Positions 52,201 through 60,170 of a stretch of 64,000 nt of DNA are shown piece after piece. The stretch is taken from NCBI GenBank assembly GCA_977016875.1, contig CDRNST010000166.1, forward strand, positions 2,046,001 through 2,110,000. Direction: 5' to 3'. Positions within the stretch are counted from its first letter, which is position 1; every line of letters starts with the position of its first letter. The notes under the pieces are model-generated. The model saw only the letters and a program-made list of their open reading frames with translations, ran no database searches and was not told where the DNA came from. The DNA comes from Pavona decussata (lineage: Eukaryota). The position numbers were made by a program, and so were the translations under genes.

Positions 52201-52655
52201 TCGTACGGTCTAAGCCGCCTTAACCGGTTTGAATTGCGATTGAAAATTGTAAAACTGGTCAATGTATTTTTTTCAGTCAGTGACACAAGCATATCCAAGT
52301 TCTTCCAACAGGAATCGAACCTAAGACCTTCTGATTACTAGTTCGGATGCTCTACAACTGAGCTACAGGAGACTCGTGAGACTTGACCATTAAACTAGGT
52401 TCATGGGACAAACATCCCGCAAACTGCTAGGATTGGAATATGAGTCAACTCGGAAGCGTGAATACATCTATCAAATACATCTGCCATTTATTCTTTTTTT
52501 TTGGTTAGGCTAGCGTTTGCTTTTGTAATACTGATTGGATGTATATATAGCTACTTATAATTATTGTTGCCATAAGGAATAATTCAAACAAACGATTTAC
52601 CTGTGACTACAGCTGTCAGGGCCAATACCCAAATTGAGGTAGATACCCTCCACAT
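629..52655 (-). CDS. L1CAM: L1CAM/neuroglian/NrCAM-family type I membrane adhesion protein with a duplicated Ig5 and an inserted 37-exon Ig array (56 coding exons; up to 44 Ig + 5 FN3 + TM + tail, about 4,391 aa)
   Basis: Manual splice reconstruction: all exons are bounded by AG/GT, phases are compatible, and the total of 13,176 nt is divisible by 3. The L1-family call rests on the 6 Ig + 5 FN3 layout, the RRRR site in FN3-3, the WFI-TM and the FxEDGSFIG tail. The symbol denotes the family, not proven orthology. Confidence 0.88.
1009..1149. other. Assembly gap (Ns) in the last intron
   Basis: N run. Confidence 1.
1186..1332 (+). mobile_element. SINE-like repeat fragment (related copy in opposite orientation at about 14040-14180)
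   Basis: atggactagcatcc…ggagtagcaatactcct versus aggagtattgctccatccccc…gctagtccat. Confidence 0.55.
1395..1532 (-). CDS. Transmembrane exon (…SSDWFISLIILSACALLVIIIVLLYRRWKRRRSSNFK)
   Basis: 138 nt, phase 1-1; about 21-aa hydrophobic stretch plus basic stop-transfer; not in the ORF track. Confidence 0.92.
1960..2122. mobile_element. Non-autonomous DNA transposon remnant ending gactgta, with internal ccgcttaatagagg-like subrepeats
   Basis: Repeated accgc(t)ttatagagg units and a TA-terminated CAGTC-type end. Confidence 0.5.
3001..3180 (-). CDS. FN3-5 C-terminal exon (…VTNLEPEIYEFKTIGKNKEGESPES…)
   Basis: 180 nt, phase 1-1. Confidence 0.88.
3345..3520. repeat. (GGAC)n and (GGAA)n microsatellites
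   Basis: Directly visible. Confidence 0.95.
3615..3737 (-). CDS. FN3-5 N-terminal exon (APAKPEKPTVV...FKVLYRKK)
   Basis: 123 nt, phase 1-1. Confidence 0.85.
4538..4728 (-). mobile_element. tRNA-derived SINE
   Basis: Minus strand has A-box-like tagtgcagtggtg and B-box GGTTCGATTCC, followed by the body ccgagaggtttttctccgggtactcc and an AT-rich tail. Confidence 0.8.
4752..5051 (-). CDS. FN3-4 exon (EPGPPSDV...WKPPKEPNGIITNY...)
   Basis: 300 nt, phase 1-1. Confidence 0.92.
5787..5985 (+). mobile_element. Dispersed repeat with a tRNA-like segment (second copy inverted at 52265-52440)
   Basis: tagctcagtt(g)gtaga A-box and ggttcaactcc B-box; the reverse complement aligns with the 52.3-kb copy. 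Confidence 0.7.
6032..6251 (-). CDS. FN3-3 remainder with RRRR proprotein-convertase site
   Basis: 220 nt, phase 0 to 1; GLKPYTNY..V.AFN.GGEGP.S....F.T.EG. Confidence 0.92.
6621..6968 (-). CDS. FN3-2 remainder plus FN3-3 start (PMSAAEWNAPG...YSGQNAP...GSVDGYK)
   Basis: 348 nt, phase 0-0; WNAPG and YSG motifs of L1 FN2. Confidence 0.92.
7591..7661 (-). CDS. FN3-2 N-terminal exon (VPQKYPMNLRGTPKKANELSITWT)
   Basis: 71 nt, phase 1 to 0, aacag|...|gtaagt. Confidence 0.88.
8663..8959 (-). CDS. FN3-1 exon (GVPSPPTDLQITDC...LSW...FRIRAVNKVGPSRPS...VCTT)
   Basis: 297 nt; FN3 motifs; Cys pair as in invertebrate neuroglian FN1. Confidence 0.92.
9497..9793 (-). CDS. Ig6 exon (ERTQIVVKPQNRTV...LPCMATGDP...DAGVYTC)
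   Basis: 297 nt, phase 1-1; TxIxxxP and CxAxxDP are typical of L1/contactin Ig6. Confidence 0.9.
10491..10772 (-). CDS. Ig5 copy b (SKPSFELVSFGPFYLFKGIQARLPCKP...DSGKYTCEAQNYLG)
   Basis: 282 nt, phase 1-1, cccag|...|gtaagg. Confidence 0.92.
11230..11516. mobile_element. MITE between the array-terminal exon and Ig5b
   Basis: TIRs tagggcggtttccaattcagtgtcg / cgacactccattgaaaaccgctcta. Confidence 0.8.
11799..12059 (-). CDS. Divergent array-terminal Ig exon (KPEKTKLSVN...IKFNCTTFSHP...YKFYRD...SGVYSCVPFNSAG)
   Basis: 261 nt, phase 1-1, ttccag|...G|gtaagt; two Cys and GxYxC, Phe in place of the core Trp; this frame is not in the ORF track. Confidence 0.85.
12262..12507 (-). CDS. Array Ig exon 36 (B8: SPDVTIQTSYQTVIEGNVA...)
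   Basis: 246 nt, phase 1-1. Confidence 0.88.
13409..13654 (-). CDS. Array Ig exon 35 (B7: PASLTSTPIDKTVRESDE...)
   Basis: 246 nt, phase 1-1. Confidence 0.88.
14457..14702 (-). CDS. Array Ig exon 34 (B6: SPSWTKRPSNQTVMEGTMA...)
   Basis: 246 nt, phase 1-1. Confidence 0.88.
15148..15393 (-). CDS. Array Ig exon 33 (B5: PPHLITKPADQTVNEFSDAVFNC...)
   Basis: 246 nt, phase 1-1; missing from the minus-strand ORF track but open on manual translation. Confidence 0.88.
15741..15986 (-). CDS. Array Ig exon 32 (B4: GPSLVTTPADQTLTEGTMA...)
   Basis: 246 nt, phase 1-1, T|gtatgt. Confidence 0.88.
16187..16315 (-). mobile_element. 5'-truncated LINE tail (RTE-like) with a (GAT)n 3' end
   Basis: Minus-strand ARNRARWRAVVDALCSPGSAKD-stop directly followed by a TGA/GAT microsatellite, as in RTE-clade ends. 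Confidence 0.65.
16420..16662 (-). CDS. Array Ig exon 31 (B3: PPSFSRTPTDQKVREGEQ...)
   Basis: 243 nt (one codon shorter, frame kept), phase 1-1. Confidence 0.86.
17087..17332 (-). CDS. Array Ig exon 30 (B2: PPSSTIHPTQQTVIEGAIA...NGLQPAGNAS)
   Basis: 246 nt, phase 1-1. Confidence 0.88.
17372..17808. repeat. Intronic tandem duplication of about 218 bp
   Basis: atctttttacaatatccatgatc…caattctcctcaaatgtatga occurs twice in tandem. Confidence 0.9.
18163..18408 (-). CDS. Array Ig exon 29 (B1: PPSFTSTSVDQTVKEGDD...)
   Basis: 246 nt, phase 1-1. Confidence 0.88.
19162..19407 (-). CDS. Array Ig exon 28 (tetrad 6, type M)
   Basis: 246 nt, phase 1-1. Confidence 0.88.
19757..20002 (-). CDS. Array Ig exon 27 (tetrad 6, type D)
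   Basis: 246 nt, phase 1-1. Confidence 0.88.
20739..20984 (-). CDS. Array Ig exon 26 (tetrad 6, type P)
   Basis: 246 nt, phase 1-1. Confidence 0.88.
21413..21658 (-). CDS. Array Ig exon 25 (tetrad 6, type Q)
   Basis: 246 nt, phase 1-1. Confidence 0.88.
21727..21960 (+). mobile_element. Inserted repeat with a 55-bp palindrome and a decayed hammerhead-ribozyme-like core
   Basis: gtgctctgctttgagcact…agtgcttaaagcagagcac; CTGATGAG…GAAAC…TGTC at 21836-21868; absent from paralogous introns. Confidence 0.55.
22427..22672 (-). CDS. Array Ig exon 24 (tetrad 5, type M; YRC instead of YWC)
   Basis: 246 nt, phase 1-1. Confidence 0.88.
23008..23253 (-). CDS. Array Ig exon 23 (tetrad 5, type D)
   Basis: 246 nt, phase 1-1. 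Confidence 0.88.
23385..23626 (+). mobile_element. LINE 3' tail fragment ending in (TTATTG)n, specific to tetrad 5
   Basis: TFQNV/LKTYLF-like ending, gtagagcgccatgag, tandem tail; absent from paralogous introns. Confidence 0.5.
24362..24607 (-). CDS. Array Ig exon 22 (tetrad 5, type P)
   Basis: 246 nt, phase 1-1. Confidence 0.88.
25163..25408 (-). CDS. Array Ig exon 21 (tetrad 5, type Q)
   Basis: 246 nt, phase 1-1. Confidence 0.88.
25671..25916 (-). CDS. Array Ig exon 20 (tetrad 4, type M)
   Basis: 246 nt, phase 1-1. Confidence 0.88.
26322..26567 (-). CDS. Array Ig exon 19 (tetrad 4, type D)
   Basis: 246 nt, phase 1-1; the acceptor is the weaker AAG (tttcaag). Confidence 0.85.
27086..27331 (-). 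CDS. Array Ig exon 18 (tetrad 4, type P)
   Basis: 246 nt, phase 1-1. Confidence 0.88.
27772..28017 (-). CDS. Array Ig exon 17 (tetrad 4, type Q)
   Basis: 246 nt, phase 1-1. Confidence 0.88.
28260..28505 (-). CDS. Array Ig exon 16 (tetrad 3, type M)
   Basis: 246 nt, phase 1-1. Confidence 0.88.
28889..29134 (-). CDS. Array Ig exon 15 (tetrad 3, type D)
   Basis: 246 nt, phase 1-1. Confidence 0.88.
29244..29735. mobile_element. Two hairpin/MITE-type insertions specific to tetrad 3
   Basis: atatcaaacac…cacagtgtttcatcac / gtgatgaaacactgtg…gtgtttgatat; and atattaaaattcaacttga / tcaagttgaattttaatat. Confidence 0.75.
30434..30679 (-). CDS. Array Ig exon 14 (tetrad 3, type P)
   Basis: 246 nt, phase 1-1. 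Confidence 0.88.
31143..31388 (-). CDS. Array Ig exon 13 (tetrad 3, type Q)
   Basis: 246 nt, phase 1-1. Confidence 0.88.
31488..31620 (-). pseudogene. Decayed Ig pseudo-exon related to array exon B2 (17087-17332)
   Basis: 31530-31559 matches B2 at 28/30 nt; donor remnant present; indels; 5' half missing. Confidence 0.75.
31925..32170 (-). CDS. Array Ig exon 12 (tetrad 2, type M)
   Basis: 246 nt, phase 1-1. Confidence 0.88.
32574..32819 (-). CDS. Array Ig exon 11 (tetrad 2, type D)
   Basis: 246 nt, phase 1-1. Confidence 0.88.
33296..33541 (-). CDS. Array Ig exon 10 (tetrad 2, type P)
   Basis: 246 nt, phase 1-1. Confidence 0.88.
34027..34278 (-). CDS. Array Ig exon 9 (tetrad 2, type Q), with two in-frame donors (exon end 34033 or 34027)
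   Basis: CAG T|gtatac versus CAG TGT ATA C|gtaagt; 246 or 252 nt. Confidence 0.85.
34675..34920 (-). CDS. Array Ig exon 8 (tetrad 1, type M: SASLDM.PTNQTVIEGAMATFHC)
   Basis: 246 nt, phase 1-1, T|gtgagt. Confidence 0.88.
35363..35608 (-). CDS. Array Ig exon 7 (tetrad 1, type D: ...EKDQIT...GIDKSINTS)
   Basis: 246 nt, phase 1-1, C|gtaagt. Confidence 0.88.
36155..36400 (-). CDS. Array Ig exon 6 (tetrad 1, type P: APTLTETP.KQTITEGS)
   Basis: 246 nt, phase 1-1. Confidence 0.88.
36840..37085 (-). CDS. Array Ig exon 5 (tetrad 1, type Q: ...TEKELTTFTC...GVGLAI)
   Basis: 246 nt, phase 1-1; carries an extra Cys (KLCLE). Confidence 0.88.
37800..38390 (-). mobile_element. Degenerate LINE (CR1/L2-like) ORF2 3' remnant
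   Basis: Frameshifted QFTILYQGPK(I)WNS(L)P motif near 38030-38072. Confidence 0.6.
38742..38987 (-). CDS. Array Ig exon 4 (A4: PPSFTKEPANQTLIEFEE...)
   Basis: 246 nt, phase 1-1, open frame. Confidence 0.88.
39624..39869 (-). CDS. Array Ig exon 3 (A3: LPSLVSKAVNQTVNE...)
   Basis: 246 nt, phase 1-1, open frame. Confidence 0.88.
40036..40281 (-). CDS. Array Ig exon 2 (A2: APSLLIWPTNQTVIEG...)
   Basis: 246 nt, phase 1-1, open frame. Confidence 0.88.
40634..40879 (-). CDS. Array Ig exon 1 (A1: PPQLTTIPEDREAIEG...)
   Basis: 246 nt, phase 1-1, cag|...T|gtaagt, open frame. Confidence 0.88.
41179..41409. mobile_element. Inverted-repeat element
   Basis: attatataaacaccagtgaaatacca / tggtatttcattggtgtttatataat. 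Confidence 0.7.
41805..43345. mobile_element. Element with a ~190-bp near-perfect palindrome and a repeated gtgcatctgtactctgataaagcacgct motif
   Basis: Palindrome at 41807-41996; motif at about 42086 and 43279; spans the gap 43094-43236. Confidence 0.7.
43094..43236. other. Assembly gap (Ns) in the Ig5a-to-array intron
   Basis: N run. Confidence 1.
44653..44937 (-). CDS. Ig5 copy a (WKPSFDDVQFGPF...EARLPCQPSAAPRP...ANYTCKAVNFKG)
   Basis: 285 nt, phase 1-1, ttcag|...|gttaga; paralogous to 10491-10772. Confidence 0.9.
45818..45945 (-). CDS. Ig4 C-terminal exon (NHNLDGHKL...VGMYQCEAVNTHGMII...VSVL)
   Basis: 128 nt, phase 2 to 1; YQCxAxNxHG is the typical L1/contactin Ig4 ending. Confidence 0.9.
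46953..47097 (-). CDS. Ig4 N-terminal exon (VPPKWNPLPPP...MECNVDADPAPNVTWYKDG)
   Basis: 145 nt, phase 1 to 2, gtcag|...|gtaagt. Confidence 0.9.
47488..47800. mobile_element. MITE (PIF/Harbinger-like ends)
   Basis: aaggcccgtttaa…ttaaaacgggcctt, with internal ttcaaca/tgttgaa subrepeats. Confidence 0.75.
48311..48519 (-). CDS. Ig3 C-terminal exon (PSPEITWKKDG...GRLLFIQNV...EGTYTCEAVN...LKVE)
   Basis: 209 nt, phase 2 to 1, actag|...|gtaatc. Confidence 0.9.
49056..49158 (-). CDS. Ig3 N-terminal exon (DSENSTLPSW...EGRNKSLYCFSSGR)
   Basis: 103 nt, phase 1 to 2, aacag|...|gttagt; not in the ORF track. Confidence 0.85.
49493..49816 (-). CDS. Ig2 exon (VVGKF...YDCPPHEYSYGVVFSW...NGTLFIT...KC)
   Basis: 324 nt, ttgtag|...|gtgaac; CxPP and G-x-L-F-I motifs typical of L1/contactin Ig2. 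Confidence 0.9.
50150..50700 (-). mobile_element. Degenerate LINE ORF2 3' remnant
   Basis: Minus-strand KYGLNTFRYYEPKIWNSL near 50420-50475. Confidence 0.6.
51624..51935 (-). CDS. Ig1 exon (GESSPPVIT...LPCNANG...WKHNG...DGGTYQC...KVAVT)
   Basis: 312 nt, ttcag|...|gtatgt, Ig C-W-DxGxYxC motifs. Confidence 0.92.
52601..52655 (-). CDS. First coding exon: signal peptide MWRVSTSIWVLALTAVVT(G)
   Basis: ATG at 52655, hydrophobic core, G|gtaaat donor in phase 1 joining GESSPP. The acceptor tgtacag before 52673 implies an upstream non-coding exon. Confidence 0.85.
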
Positions 52656-52811
52656 TCCGTAGCGGCACGTAACCTGTACAAAAGAAGGAGAATGCCGTTA
52701 ATCAAATTGCGTGAAAGGTAAAGATGAATGCCTCACCCACGTTAACATATTGTTCGATTATTTTCAGACGTTTTTCCTAAACCTGCGGAATGCTGGTGAG
52801 AATCGGATGAA

Positions 52812-52966
52812 ATAGGCTATTGCCGAATTTGAACTTCATCATGAAAGCGAGGCTAAGTGCAAAGCTTTTCATATGAAAAAGAATGAAAACTATTTTTCAC
52901 ATGAAAAGCTTAGCACTTAACCTCGCTTTCATAATGAGGTCCGAAGGAACTCGGAAATGGCCTATT
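52812..52966. mobile_element. Hairpin MITE upstream of the first coding exon
   Basis: aataggc…atgaaagcgaggctaagtgc / gcacttaacctcgctttcat…gcctatt. Confidence 0.75.
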
Positions 52967-55900
52967 TGATCTGGTGTGATCCGTCGTAGGAGGTCAAACT
53001 GGCATATTTGCATAAATGAAAGCGCATGTTTCATGTTTTGCAATGACTGCAAACCCATGCTAGCACCTAGGGCCTGTTTTATACGAACAGAGAAGCCGGT
53101 CCGTTTAAGCGTCTCACCCTCTTTGCCCGGCTAACTTTTACCCAGAAATGAGAAATATATGAGAAATGTTGTCCCTGTTGACCGGGTCAAAGTTGAAACT
53201 AGTCCATAAATTATTCATGTTCCTACTTAATTATTAATAACTTCAGTACGCTTCTTTCCTTTGGATTTCTTTCTTTAATTCACACATAGTTAACTGAGGT
53301 AATGGTTATGAAACCTTGCCAACTTCAAAGTTGCTAACAATGGTGCTGCAATTTATGTTGGAAGGGCCGCGGCCGTACCCAATCCTTTGTCTTAACGTTC
53401 ACACTGCAGTTGAATATCTTAACAGGAACGTTTGTATTGGTGAGTTAAATCAACACATTTCAAAACATTTTGTGGTTTGTGCACGGTAAAGGCCGAAACT
53501 GCTAACAAAGGCATACAACAAAGACGTTTGGCAGGCTCTATAACCATTGCCTTTTAATTAGTATGATCCACACGACCAATGCTATTAAAAAACAGCCAAT
53601 AGTTTAATTAAGTCTATTATTTTCTACTTTTCGATAAAAAAATGCCGAAATATATGGAATTGACCTTCTTTCGTCTGTCTTCTAAAATGGTGTAAGAATA
53701 TAGTTAAAAATAAATTAATTATATATGGCTATTTTTGTGCATTGTTATATCCTCTGATTTCGTCTGCGTGCACTGTTTATTCAGTGAATAAGCCAGTTCT
53801 GCCTGAACGGTTAAGTTTCTTTTAAGCGACAACTAATCTTTTAGCCAAGGCAATAAAACTGCGATATACCAATAAGCCGGCCAAGGGTTCACTTAGCTTA
53901 TAGCTTCCGATAATTTTGTGAACGTTCTTTAACGTGGTCAAAAGTGAAAAAGCTAGTAAACGTGATGATCGATTAATCCGGGACACTCTGTTGACGTAGA
54001 CAAATTCTAGTTTACTCCCTTTCACCAACACTGTGATTCAACTCGGCCAAGAGACTCTTCAGAGACCTTCAGAATTTATAAGTAATATAAACTCGTTAAG
54101 CATCACGCCCAAAGTCCCGTTCGCAAATTCAAGATGTTAGGAGTCTGGCCCTCTATCGCAGAAGGATTCCCAACCGCACGAACACGTGTTGAAATTTACG
54201 CAATAAATTGTCAAAAACTTGTGAAGTGTTCTTGGCTAGTCTGACGCGGCGTTTTGTCACAATTCAAAAAGTTCGACAAAACTAATGTGACTGTTTCCTT
54301 TTTTTCTTTTTTTTTTTTCTTTTGCCAAGGACTTGATTTGATTCGCACCGTTCCACGCCGCTTATTTTAAGGCCACCTATTCTGGGGAGCAGAGCATTCG
54401 TTCATGTTCCGAAGTTTAGTGAATTCGTGACTAAATTAATCTTCCCAACATCAAATAAAAGTGTTTGCGTGACAAAGATCTCATGTGACACGCTGCTAAA
54501 AAGAAATGTCTTATTGGATGGTATTTTCAGCCAAGGGGTCATACGCCTTGAAGCAGCCATACAGGTCTTATAAATCAAACGTGGGTATATGTAGTGTGTA
54601 TCAAGTGAAGAAAGCCACTGGTGAAAAAAATAGAAAGTTTAAAATAAAAAGAAGCCATCTACCAACTATCCTTAACAATTCAAGCAAAGAGTTAGGAAAT
54701 TTCCTTTTCCTTAGTGCTTAATTGACGACGTCTACACGCAGCTGTAGGCAAATTAGAATATTCTAGATGAACACTTGAATCAGCCTTTCCATTATGACCG
54801 TGGCACGATTGTTACTGAATAGCTTTTGAAGTAATCAAATAATAAAACTTCCCTCTTCCAAACAAATTTACAAATATTTATTTTCAGGGGTCAGTCTCCC
54901 GTTTCTTTGATCTATCACCTCTGCTCGAACAACTATCAAAAGTCTTTGCAGATTCATTATACTCGGTGCACAGAAAAATCTCTAGAATAATTAACACTAG
55001 TTTCTGTGCACTAGTAGGATAATTGTTCACAAACCTGAACCATTATTTTGATAATTCCTTCGATTTAAATACGTTTAAATTTTGGCCGTTCACATCAACA
55101 CTAAAAGTAGGTGACATCGCCCCTTGAATTATACAGATAACCGTACCGAAGGGAACAGGAAAGTAAAATGAAGTTGAACTTACAAATATGGATATGTCGC
55201 GAATTGAAGACTGTTGCTCTTTCAAACTCTTGCCTAGCTGACGTTGGTACGAGAGGCAAATAGTGTCGTAATGAAATAATCCAGTTTATTCCTGCCCAAA
55301 TGAATTTTTTTTCCCACGCAATTAAAAACTATAAATAGGAATTTACAAAGAAATCGAAATTGTTCGCTGAAATGGTTAAGTAAACAGGAAACGAATTAAG
55401 AAGAAAGATTAACTCCATAATGGCCATTGTGAATTATTTTTTGATGAGTCTGCAAAAAGATATAGTCTTAATAAGCCACTCGTATAAGTGTAGCCTGAGT
55501 TCAAAGCTTCATTGTTAATAACGCGTCCGGTTTTTCGCTGGATTTCCGTTGGCAAACGAACGGCATTTTAGCTGAATTTAACTTAATTGATTCCATCACT
55601 TCATGCTATAGCTATAGATAATTATTTTTTAAAAGCGAGGAAGCCTGACTTTATAAGCCTCGTGGTTTCTTTTCAAGTTTTCTCGCCTTTTATTTTCTTT
55701 CGTCAATTTCATCATTTTTCTTTCCATCTGTAATTGTTGTATATGGCAAAATAAATATTGTATTGTATTGTATTGTATTGTATGCAATTCTCAGTTATTA
55801 TTCTAGTGAATGCAAGTGACGAAGAAGTCTATAGAAAAGCAGAAAATGTGTGAAATAATAGACCCTTCAAAAATTGGAAATTGGATCAACAACTACTGGA

Positions 55901-58900
55901 CATGGACTTATACCGGCTGTCGCTTTACCGTGTTTTTGTAGCATAAACAAAGATCTTACGGCAACAGAGCTATATTCTGTATTTTCCAATAACTACATTT
56001 CTACTCATGTGTATGCATGTGTGTATAACTAGCTAAAGCAATAAAAATTAAAGAAACAATCCATTGCATTGAAATTGGTTTAGCGGTTGACTAAATAGAA
56101 AGAGGGATAGCATACTATAAAATTCCAAATATAGGCTCGCCCTCTCGACTACGATTCGCTGGATTTCCGTTTGCAAAAGGACGACATTTTAACTCAACTT
56201 TACTTTGTTGACTCCATCGCGTCATGCAACTTACAGTTAACATTCTAGCACTATAAGTGATGAGGGAGTCTATAGAAAAACAGACAATGTGTTAGGGTTA
56301 GCTGTTTTAATAATGTTGGCTTAGCGTTTCAAGCTCTTTTTAATGTGAAACCAAGCCAATTTCAAAGTGCAAAATTCTCCAATAACAAGCTTTCCCCCAA
56401 AATAACTTCAGCACCTACAAAGTCCTTTGAAGGGATATTTTGCTCACTTTTGAACTGACTTAACAATTCTTAAGCCAAGTTTACGTTTTAAATCTCACGC
56501 TTGTATTGTGAAGCTCAGACACGACTGTATCGAAGGTTTCATACTTGCAAGTCTCGATTTTTTTTTTAATTCACTCAAATTTAACAGCTGTTCCAACACA
56601 AGACAATGACTAGCGGATGTGCGAATGAATCGACTTTTTGTCATTCAAAACTGCAGTAGTAATACGATATGACTAGTTAAACGTGTTGAGCCAAATCGTA
56701 TACTCAGTCGTGCAGCACAACTGGAAACTGTCTTGTCCTGTGTTGCACGGCAGTGTCAAGAATTATTTACAAGCGCCATTCTACTGCTGTGATCAGTAAG
56801 TAAATTCTCCTTACAACAGCACTACTCAATCGAGCATGCTAGTCATAAGAATAAAGGAAATCATCACGAAAAGACAAAATGTCTTGATGTTCAAACAAAT
56901 TCTCCTAACAGGGACCATACAAAATGTAGGAGAAGAGTGTGGAGAATATGAATTTTGATGCTGGGGCTCGAACTGTCGTGTGCTGCTAGACGCAAAGGAG
57001 ACAGGTAACAACTAAGAGGCTCTGCAGGTGAATGACATGTATCATACTCTAGCCTCAAGGAAAACACTTCAGTAGACTTACGTGTGCCAAGTCTCAAAGC
57101 ATTAGGTTTTTTTTTTTTTTACTCTGTTGTTTCTAAACTACCAACTTAATCCATCAAGCTTTAATGCCAAGTACCTAAATTTTACTTCATTTACCGTTGC
57201 GTTGCGTGCATGCTGCCCCAACTTTACAAAAGAGATTACACCTATTCGGCGTAAACTTTCCAAACGAATTCTGGTCAAAAAAACACTTTGAAGCTTTGAT
57301 ATTAAGGGTCAACGTCTGGTACTATTTTAAGAAGGGTTATTTTTTGCTCAAATGAATTAAAAAATCCTAGACCGGAAAGGCGCTCTCTACACATCTGTCT
57401 GCAAATGTGCTGCGTAAAGTTTGCGTGTTCTAACATGCTGTTCAACAGGCATTCAGAATAATCTACTCAAATTAAACAAGCTTGTTAGGCCTGAAGTACA
57501 CTAGTTTTTCAGTCTTATTAGTAAACTGAGAAATAAATGTAATCAGTTAAACAACTCTCGGTCCAAGGACAACACCCTGAGACATCCGAATAACGGGTGC
57601 ATTTAGTCAATGCTTCGACTTGATTTGTCCATTTTCATATCAAGCCTAAGCACAACAGGGTTTTAAATCCCTCGTCTTCGCTAAATTTGAGAGACATTTC
57701 TGCAGTCACGTTATCAAGAAAAGCGATAAATTTGGATACATTACAGACAAATTGCTCAGCCGCTTTTATTTTGCAAAATGAGACTAAAATCTATTAATAA
57801 CCTTTTACCCTTCTTAAAATACCAAAGATCATTAGAAATGCCCTTGCAACTCCAAATGAATAAAACCGCGGAACTGGTCTCATTTAGGATTTCAACCATA
57901 GATTCATGAAAAACATAAACAGCAAGATGGGAAAGTATTGATCAATTAGATAATTTATTTCAATGGTCACTCTTTAAGACTCCCTTTAAACAAACAATAT
58001 TTACTTATGACTCAGCTTACAAAATACCAATAAAATGCAAAAAGAAAAAAACAATGAGTTTTCAGCACCGCTTGTATAGCATAATAAGTAGCACCACAAT
58101 ACTAATCAATAACTTTCACGTATTGCAATTGGTTACAACATAGGTTTGTCTTCAGACTGAAAAGTTACCACCATATTTACGACTGACCGTTTGTCTAAAT
58201 AGTAGTGAAAATGTTCCGACGGGCGATTGCAAGCAGAAATCGTAAATTTTTCATTCAAAACAGAATCCATCTCCGTTTGGGATTACACGTTGTATTTCTT
58301 GGCGACTCTTACGGATACAATTTCCGACTTTGGCTAGGGAAATCAAGCGGGAAGCCAGCTAGTCAACCATATTGCCATGAAATTTCAATGAATAATTAGT
58401 GGAGCTCTTAAGTAATTTTTGAAAACAAAAATGAATCCCACCTTTGGTCTCCTAAAAGTTGTATTTCGGTTAGTAAAGCCAGAGGCATTATCACTGGGTG
58501 GCCTAGAAATCAAAAGCGTTAGTAATTGTTTATAAGAAAGGTATACATTATTTTTACTTCACTGCCATTCAACGAGGGTTCAGGACCTCTCCCATTTCAT
58601 TTACTAAGACTAAAGCTAAGAATGTAGTCAAGGACATTAAGAAAAGAACGAAGGTAAATTACCGTCGATCTTTAATAGATGCACTGCAAAGACACGCGAA
58701 AATATCAAACTGACAATCGAGCATTAATTTGACCCAAGACAAACGAAGACTCAGTACATCGAACAGCCGGTACCCTAATACAAGGCTACAGTAACCAATA
58801 GCAACACAGAGCGATAATGCATTGATTAATATACGCTTCCTTTCCAGTGTTTAAAAAAACTATCATACCTCTTTCGTTGTGGCTCTAACTGGTTAGCCCT

Positions 58901-59859
58901 CTTTGTCCCTTTGCAGGAAATTGAGTGGATAGACAATACGAGTAAGAGGAGATGTCCAAATTGGTGTCTGGATTTATGTGCGCACTCGTAACCTGGGGTG
59001 TTAATCACCTCTCATCAACTCGGCTAATGAGACTCCAAGACAGCCACGCACGAAAAGAATGTTTTTATTCCTTTTTTAATTACAACTGCAATTGAACACG
59101 CGATTTATAAACACACGAGGTTTCCCTACAAAATCCCGAGCACCACTGTACACGTGATTCTGAAATACTTTTTACTTTTTGTTGTTTTACTTTGTATTTT
59201 TTTCTCAGATTAAGATCAAATATTTCGAATCGCTAAATTTTATTTACTCTTCCTTATTCCTAAGCTCAACACTAACTCCCTGTAAAAAATCAAGACAAGC
59301 TAAGTGGTGATTTCATTATCTTCGCAGCCATAATAGGTAAGAGTATTATTTAGTTCAGAGATAAAACCGTCCAATTTTGGAGGCAAGCCCAGATTATATT
59401 CTTCGACGTTTCACCCAGATCCGACTCCGTAGAATAATACAAACGAAATCCGATATTTCTTTTTCACTTTAAGTACAAATGGAATACTTAACACAGACTT
59501 TTATAACACCATGTACGTGAAATCGTCGAACTTAACTTACTGGGGACCTAACTACAACAGTACCGCATGTTCTAAAAATAAACAACGCTTCACTTTCTTA
59601 AACCATAAATATTGCTTGTTATCACTTCAGTCTTCGAATTCCGTTTGTTATTTTTCTCAGTGTGCACCACTTGGTGCTGAAGATGGCTGTTTTTATACCT
59701 GCCCTGTTTCTGCAATCAGGCTGTGTATCTCTTAAGTTCACAGCAAGAAATCTGGCCGATTGTCCACACACCTTTTCACTCCAGGAGTAGTACACAGAGT
59801 CACGTTTATGTGCCACTGTCAGTAACCTTCGAGTTAATGACGGTTATCACTTAAATATA

Positions 59860-60170
59860 GCGTAGTACTTTCCTATGGTGCCGATTATTCTGTTGTACAT
59901 GATGGCTCTAACTGTTGAGTCCACGAAAGAATCCTAAAGTATTGCCACTTAAATCAAAAGTCAAGTACAAAAGCAACATTCTCCCGCAGTGCCATTTATT
60001 ATGCTGTACAAAGTGTCCCACTGTTTTGAGAATTTAGATGGCAATCCTAAAGTGTGACTATTCAGCTCAAAACTATTGAGCAATGTTCATCTTATGGAAT
60101 GTTTTTATTACGGTGTACAAGGTGATGGAGCTTATTCGGTTTGAGTCTGTATTGAAATCCTAGGGTGCCA
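59860..60170 (+). repeat. Degenerate ~105-bp tandem repeat family
   Basis: Three diverged units of …tattatgctgtacaa…ttgag…aatcctaaagtgtgac. Confidence 0.6.

Noticed and set aside
629-52655. Calling the gene Dscam, hemicentin or contactin
   Set aside because: The TM, FxEDGSFIG tail, five FN3 domains and FN3-3 furin site fit the L1 family. There is no Dscam 9Ig-4FN-Ig-2FN layout, no vWA/EGF domains and no GPI ending.
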